Shown here: piece after piece, positions 60,901-64,000 of the stretch
How the letters are laid out: each line of letters begins with the position of its first letter
How positions within the stretch are numbered: position 1 is the stretch's first letter
Origin: Chiloscyllium plagiosum
Lineage: Eukaryota
Direction: 5' to 3'
DNA: 64,000 nt
Assembly (NCBI RefSeq): GCF_004010195.1
Contig: NC_057734.1
Span: forward strand, 11,038,404-11,102,403
Program-made: the position numbers and the translations under genes
Notes under the pieces: generated by a model
What the model saw: only the letters and a program-made list of their open reading frames with translations
Database searches by the model: none
Told to the model about the DNA's origin: nothing

Positions 60901-63247
60901 TGTTTGAAACCTGTTTGGCAGTTGCTTGCTACAAGTATTTATCTTTATCTAGCAGTGGGTGCACACTCCTTCTCTGAATGCATTGCCTTCTGATTTTATG
61001 AAGAGCTTCCTGAAGGAGTTGAGGTGAAGGAATTAAGTCTTTGTTTTTTTTTTGTATTGAATGATCAACTTGAGATTACCAGAAACTATCTTGTCTTCAT
61101 GCAGTCTGGAAAACATGTACAAGGAGCTTCAGTCTGACATTGAAGGCTTTGAGCCCCCAGGACATGGTGATCTGACTGGCTGGGCTAAGCAAGGTAATAT
61201 ACACACAAAACATTGGGTTCAGCTTCTTTATAGGGCGAGGGGAGACGAGTTGACAATTAATAGGTCTGGTAAGTCTGATCTCAAAGGTTAAAATTGGATC
61301 TTTTTGTTTTTTTAAACAGATATATCCGTGTCTAATTTTTAAATTCGTCAGTGTTATGGGGTTGTACAGCATGCAAACAGACCCATTGTTTCAACTTGTC
61401 CGTGCTGACCAGATATCCTAAATTAGTCTAACCCCATTTGACAGCATTTAGCCCATATCCTGCCAAACCCTTCCTATTCATATACCCATCAAGATGCCTT
61501 TTTAAATGTTGTAATCGTACCAGCCTCCACTACTTCCTCTGGCAGCTCATTCCGTACATGCACCACCCTCTGTGTGGAAAAAGTTGCCCCTCTAATTCAA
61601 ATGAGAGCTTTTGCCCGAAACGTCAATTTTCCTGCTCCTCGGATGCTGCCTGACCTGTGCTTTTCCAGCATCACTCTAACTGAGACTCTGGTTTCCAGCA
61701 TCTGCAGTCCTCACTTTTGCCTAGTTGATTTTAACCTTACTGCGAATCCTTTTGCAAGGATGCCTACCTTGAAGAAGTTCTCCTCTCCTCAAGAATCTGT
61801 GAGTCTCTCTCTCTCACTGCAACCCCCAGGTCATCTCCTGTGGTCAGTTGGCTGTACTCAGCTGTCTTTTTTTTTGTAGGAGCAGTGAATTGCTGCTGTA
61901 GTTATAAACTGGAGATTAGTTTATTTCACAATTTATTTTTAGTAGCTTTGAGAGAGATTAGAGGCAAGTGTTTAACCAAGCCTGGAGCTGCTAATTCCTT
62001 TTGATAACCTTAGAAGCAGACTGACTAAAAAGTGAAAGTTGTTTAGTTACAGGTGATTTCAGTAGTTTGTCATGTGACTGGGACTTCACATTGAGACACT
62101 CTGTTAACATGTTAGATTGACCTCCTTGTTAGAAACCATTGTGTTTCATAGCAGATTACTGTGGAATCCATTTGTACCAAATAAGCCCATTGATACACAT
62201 AATGTCTCCTTTGTTCCGAAATGGGTGAGGTAGACATCTTGGTTGAAACTTTATTGCTGGAACAGCACAGCAGGTCAGGCAGCATCCAGGGAGATTCGAC
62301 GTTTCGGGCACAGGCCCTTCTTCAGGAATGAGCAGAGAGTGTTCAGCAGGAGAAGAACTTCTCCTGCTGAACACTCTCTGCTCATTCCTGAAGAAGGGCC
62401 TGTGCCCGAAACGTCGAATCTCCTGTTCCCTGGATGCTGCCTGACCTGCTGTGCTGTTCCAGCAATAAAGTTTCAACTTTGATCTCCAGCATCTGCAGAT
62501 CTCACTTTCTCGAGGTAGACATCTTGTCTAGTCTTTTGTATTAGTTTGGCTGGAATGTTCTTGTCATGCAAGCAATATAATATCCATGAAGAGAGGAGTT
62601 CACTTGCCCTGGTAGTTGCTGGAAATTTCTGAAAGCTGTCATCTTGCTTATTCTGTATCCCATAGCCGTTTTTAAAATCTGGCAAAAATTCAATTTTAAT
62701 AAAAGACAATTTAAGATCTCGTGTTCTCTGGGCACTATAACTGCAAATATAACCTATAATTCAGGTGCCTGGTGGTAGTGTCATCAGAAACTGAATCAAA
62801 TTGCACTTTAGTTCATTTTAAACTTGGCTGTTATATGATTACTTTTTTCATTCAATTTGTGGATGTTCCTTTTCGGGATCTAGAAAATGAAAAACCAGGC
62901 TTGCCAATAGAAGTGGAGGGGATGGGGGAGAATGCTGCCTGACCTGTGCTTTTCCAGCACCACTCTAATCTAGATGGGGAAGAATTAGTCAGCACATGCC
63001 AGGGCAGTTTAGCAGTTTGCATACCAGACTAACCAAATTTTTCTGAATTTGTTTGGCGATTGAAACAGGAGTGTTGCTGCTGAATGCAGTCCTCACTGTG
63101 CGAGCGCATAACGCAAACTCTCACAAGGAGCGAGGCTGGGAAGATTTCACCGATGCAGTTGTGTCTTGTCTGAATGACAAGCTGGATGGTTTGGTGTTCA
63201 TGCTGTGGGGAGCGTACGCACAGCGCAAAGGCAGTGTAATCAACAGG
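51818..63247 (+). CDS. UNG: Uracil-DNA glycosylase, 3'-partial: UNG2 join(51818-51931,52767-52997,56869-56964,59624-59721,61105-61193,63069-63247...); UNG1 starts at 52686
   Basis: PIP box [14 protein letters not shown] motif [31 protein letters not shown] catalytic motif, PPPPS loop, GVLLLN, FMLWG. The final exon (HPSPLS motif) is not in the window. Confidence 0.96.
52535..52675 (+). promoter_or_regulatory. UNG1 (PB) promoter in a CpG-rich island
   Basis: E2F TTGGCGGGAAA 52539-52549, GC boxes 52581-52590 and 52642-52650, CCAAT 52594-52598, directly upstream of the exon 1B ATG. Confidence 0.72.
52686..52997 (+). CDS. UNG: UNG exon 1B (mitochondrial UNG1 presequence plus common part; internal UNG2 acceptor at 52767)
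   Basis: [24 protein letters not shown] is Arg/Ser/Leu-rich with no acidic residues; gaccag|GAA in phase 0; [11 protein letters not shown]...EFSKPYFIK|gttg. Confidence 0.92.
53300..53597 (+). mobile_element. HE1 V-SINE
   Basis: tRNA-like head GGTGGCTCAGTGGTTA, V-domain, HER1-like tail GGGAATCTAATC. Confidence 0.85.
53598..53870 (-). mobile_element. HE1 V-SINE, tail-to-tail with the preceding copy
   Basis: Reverse complement of the HE1 head (B box GGTTCGATTCC) and V-domain. Confidence 0.85.
54711..56769 (-). mobile_element. HE1 SINE (tail 54711-54835, head about 56605-56769) split by a Penelope insertion
   Basis: The two halves join into a contiguous HE1 sequence when the Penelope copy is removed. 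Confidence 0.8.
54836..56580 (-). mobile_element. Penelope-like retroelement (RT N-terminal region, GIY-YIG, pseudo-LTR; central N gap)
   Basis: [18 protein letters not shown] (Penelope RT), PLVLTFHP linker, [12 protein letters not shown]...PVVQHFN. Confidence 0.88.
56869..56964 (+). CDS. UNG: UNG exon 2
   Basis: tttgcag|CTG; [32 protein letters not shown]; |gtaagt. Confidence 0.95.
58290..59421. mobile_element. Decayed Penelope element with inverted pseudo-LTRs
   Basis: GIY-YIG remnants on the minus strand, inverted 3' region on +; 12-bp TSD TGTGGTTTATTG at 58278-58289 and 59422-59433. Confidence 0.8.
59624..59721 (+). CDS. UNG: UNG exon 3 (catalytic GQDPYH)
   Basis: tctag|GTG; [32 protein letters not shown]; AG|gtatg. 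Confidence 0.97.
60058..60328 (-). mobile_element. Penelope 3' region/pseudo-LTR with hammerhead (same family as 5745-6335)
   Basis: Near-identical to the reverse complement of 6156-6335. Confidence 0.82.
61105..61193 (+). CDS. UNG: UNG exon 4
   Basis: atgcag|T; [29 protein letters not shown]; G|gtaat. Confidence 0.96.
61362..61592 (-). mobile_element. CR1/HER1 3' tail, followed by a + strand pseudo-LTR fragment (about 61600-61850)
   Basis: Matches other CR1 tails and pseudo-LTR copies in the window. Confidence 0.75.
62242..62511. mobile_element. Young fold-back Penelope pseudo-LTR mini-element with two intact antiparallel hammerheads
   Basis: Palindrome centred at AGAAG-AA-CTTCT (about 62356); 15-bp TSD GAGGTAGACATCTTG at 62227-62241 and 62512-62526; HHR at 62294-62329 (-) and 62384-62419 (+). 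Confidence 0.92.
62384..62419 (+). ncRNA. Minimal type I hammerhead ribozyme motif (mirror copy 62294-62329 on -)
   Basis: ATTC-CTGAAGA-A-GGGC(CTGT)GCCC-GAAAC-GTC-GAAT; predicted cleavage after C62415. Confidence 0.82.
63069..63247 (+). CDS. UNG: UNG exon 5
   Basis: aaacag|GA; [31 protein letters not shown]...[17 protein letters not shown]; AGG|gtaag. Confidence 0.96.
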
Positions 63248-63548
63248 GTAAGGACTTTGAAACTCTTCCTTTGGTGAAGGCTTGTTTGTCTGTTGTGAAA
63301 ACCACCTTTTTTTTTTATATAGCATCTTTCATATTCCTAGCATGTGCCAAAGTGCTTCAACCAATTAATCGCTCAGGAAGTGCGCTCACTCTTTTTGTGG
63401 GTGACGATGACAGCTGTGCAGTACACAGTTCGGTGGAGGGGGGGGGGGGGTGGTCAGTCTAGTCAATTTGGCTGAAGTAGTAATGTACCTTGGCCAATTA
63501 CGTGGTGTGAAGAGGTGCCCTGGTTAAGGATTTCCTTCAAAAGTTAAC

Positions 63549-63748
63549 ACTACGGGCAATTTAGCATGGCCAATTCACCTGACCCTGCACATCTTTTGGA
63601 CTGTGGGAGGAAACCGGAGCACCCGGAGGAAACCCACGCAGACACGGGGAGAACGTGCAAACTCCACACAGTCAGTCGCCTGAGGCGGGAAATGAACCCG
63701 GGTCTCAGGCGCTGTGAGGCAGCAGTGCTAACCACTCTGCCACCGTGC
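63549..63748 (-). mobile_element. HE1 V-SINE (young, lacks tail)
   Basis: CGGCACGGTGGCAGAGTGGTTAGCACTGCTGCCTCACAGCGCC tRNA-like head plus intact V-domain. Confidence 0.88.
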
Positions 63749-64000
63749 CGCCCACTGCTCACTGCTTTTTCTGCGACACAGCTGGGTGGAGAGAAAGTGG
63801 AGTGCCAGTAAAGGGAATCTTTTTGTTGGTTCTGGTCATCTCTTTGCATTTGTCTGGTTGTGACTGCTGCCTTGCTCTGTTCCCAGACCCATCAAGCTTG
63901 TGTTTGTGCACGGAAAGCTCCAGTGGGTGGTGATCTTAACAGTTATGATTGTTTTATTTATATGTGACCCTGTACTCTGTACACAGTTGCTTGACTCCTT

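Noticed and set aside
63670-63748. tRNA gene (A/B boxes; also 53300, 53810-53870, 56700-56769, 45480-45520)
   Set aside because: tRNA-derived SINE heads continuing into SINE bodies, with no complete cloverleaf

Overview
Vertebrate genomic DNA, very probably an elasmobranch (HE1 V-SINEs, HER1/CR1 LINEs, DeuSINE-like elements, abundant Penelope-like elements), with four N gaps (34-670, 5883-6155, 13028-14016, 55548-56031). Three spliced protein-coding genes lie in the same order and orientation as the human USP30-ALKBH2-UNG cluster. USP30 (+) has 12 visible coding exons (2034-34557); its first exon was not located. ALKBH2 (-) has 3 coding exons (50363-42609, 279 aa). UNG (+) has the alternative nuclear exon 1A and mitochondrial exon 1B; its last exon lies beyond the window. 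Introns are packed with retroelements. The most notable non-coding signal is a set of minimal type I hammerhead ribozyme motifs (helix I-CUGANGA-helix II-GAAAC-GUH) in Penelope-like pseudo-LTRs. Many occur as short, non-coding, TSD-flanked fold-back elements with two antiparallel arms. Other oddities are a lost or shifted USP30 splice acceptor, an inverted target duplication at a Penelope junction, a permuted Tx1/L1 3' end, a CpG-rich 20-bp minisatellite, a Tigger4/MER46-like MITE and short exact dispersed duplications. All homology statements come from recall of the families, not from database searches.
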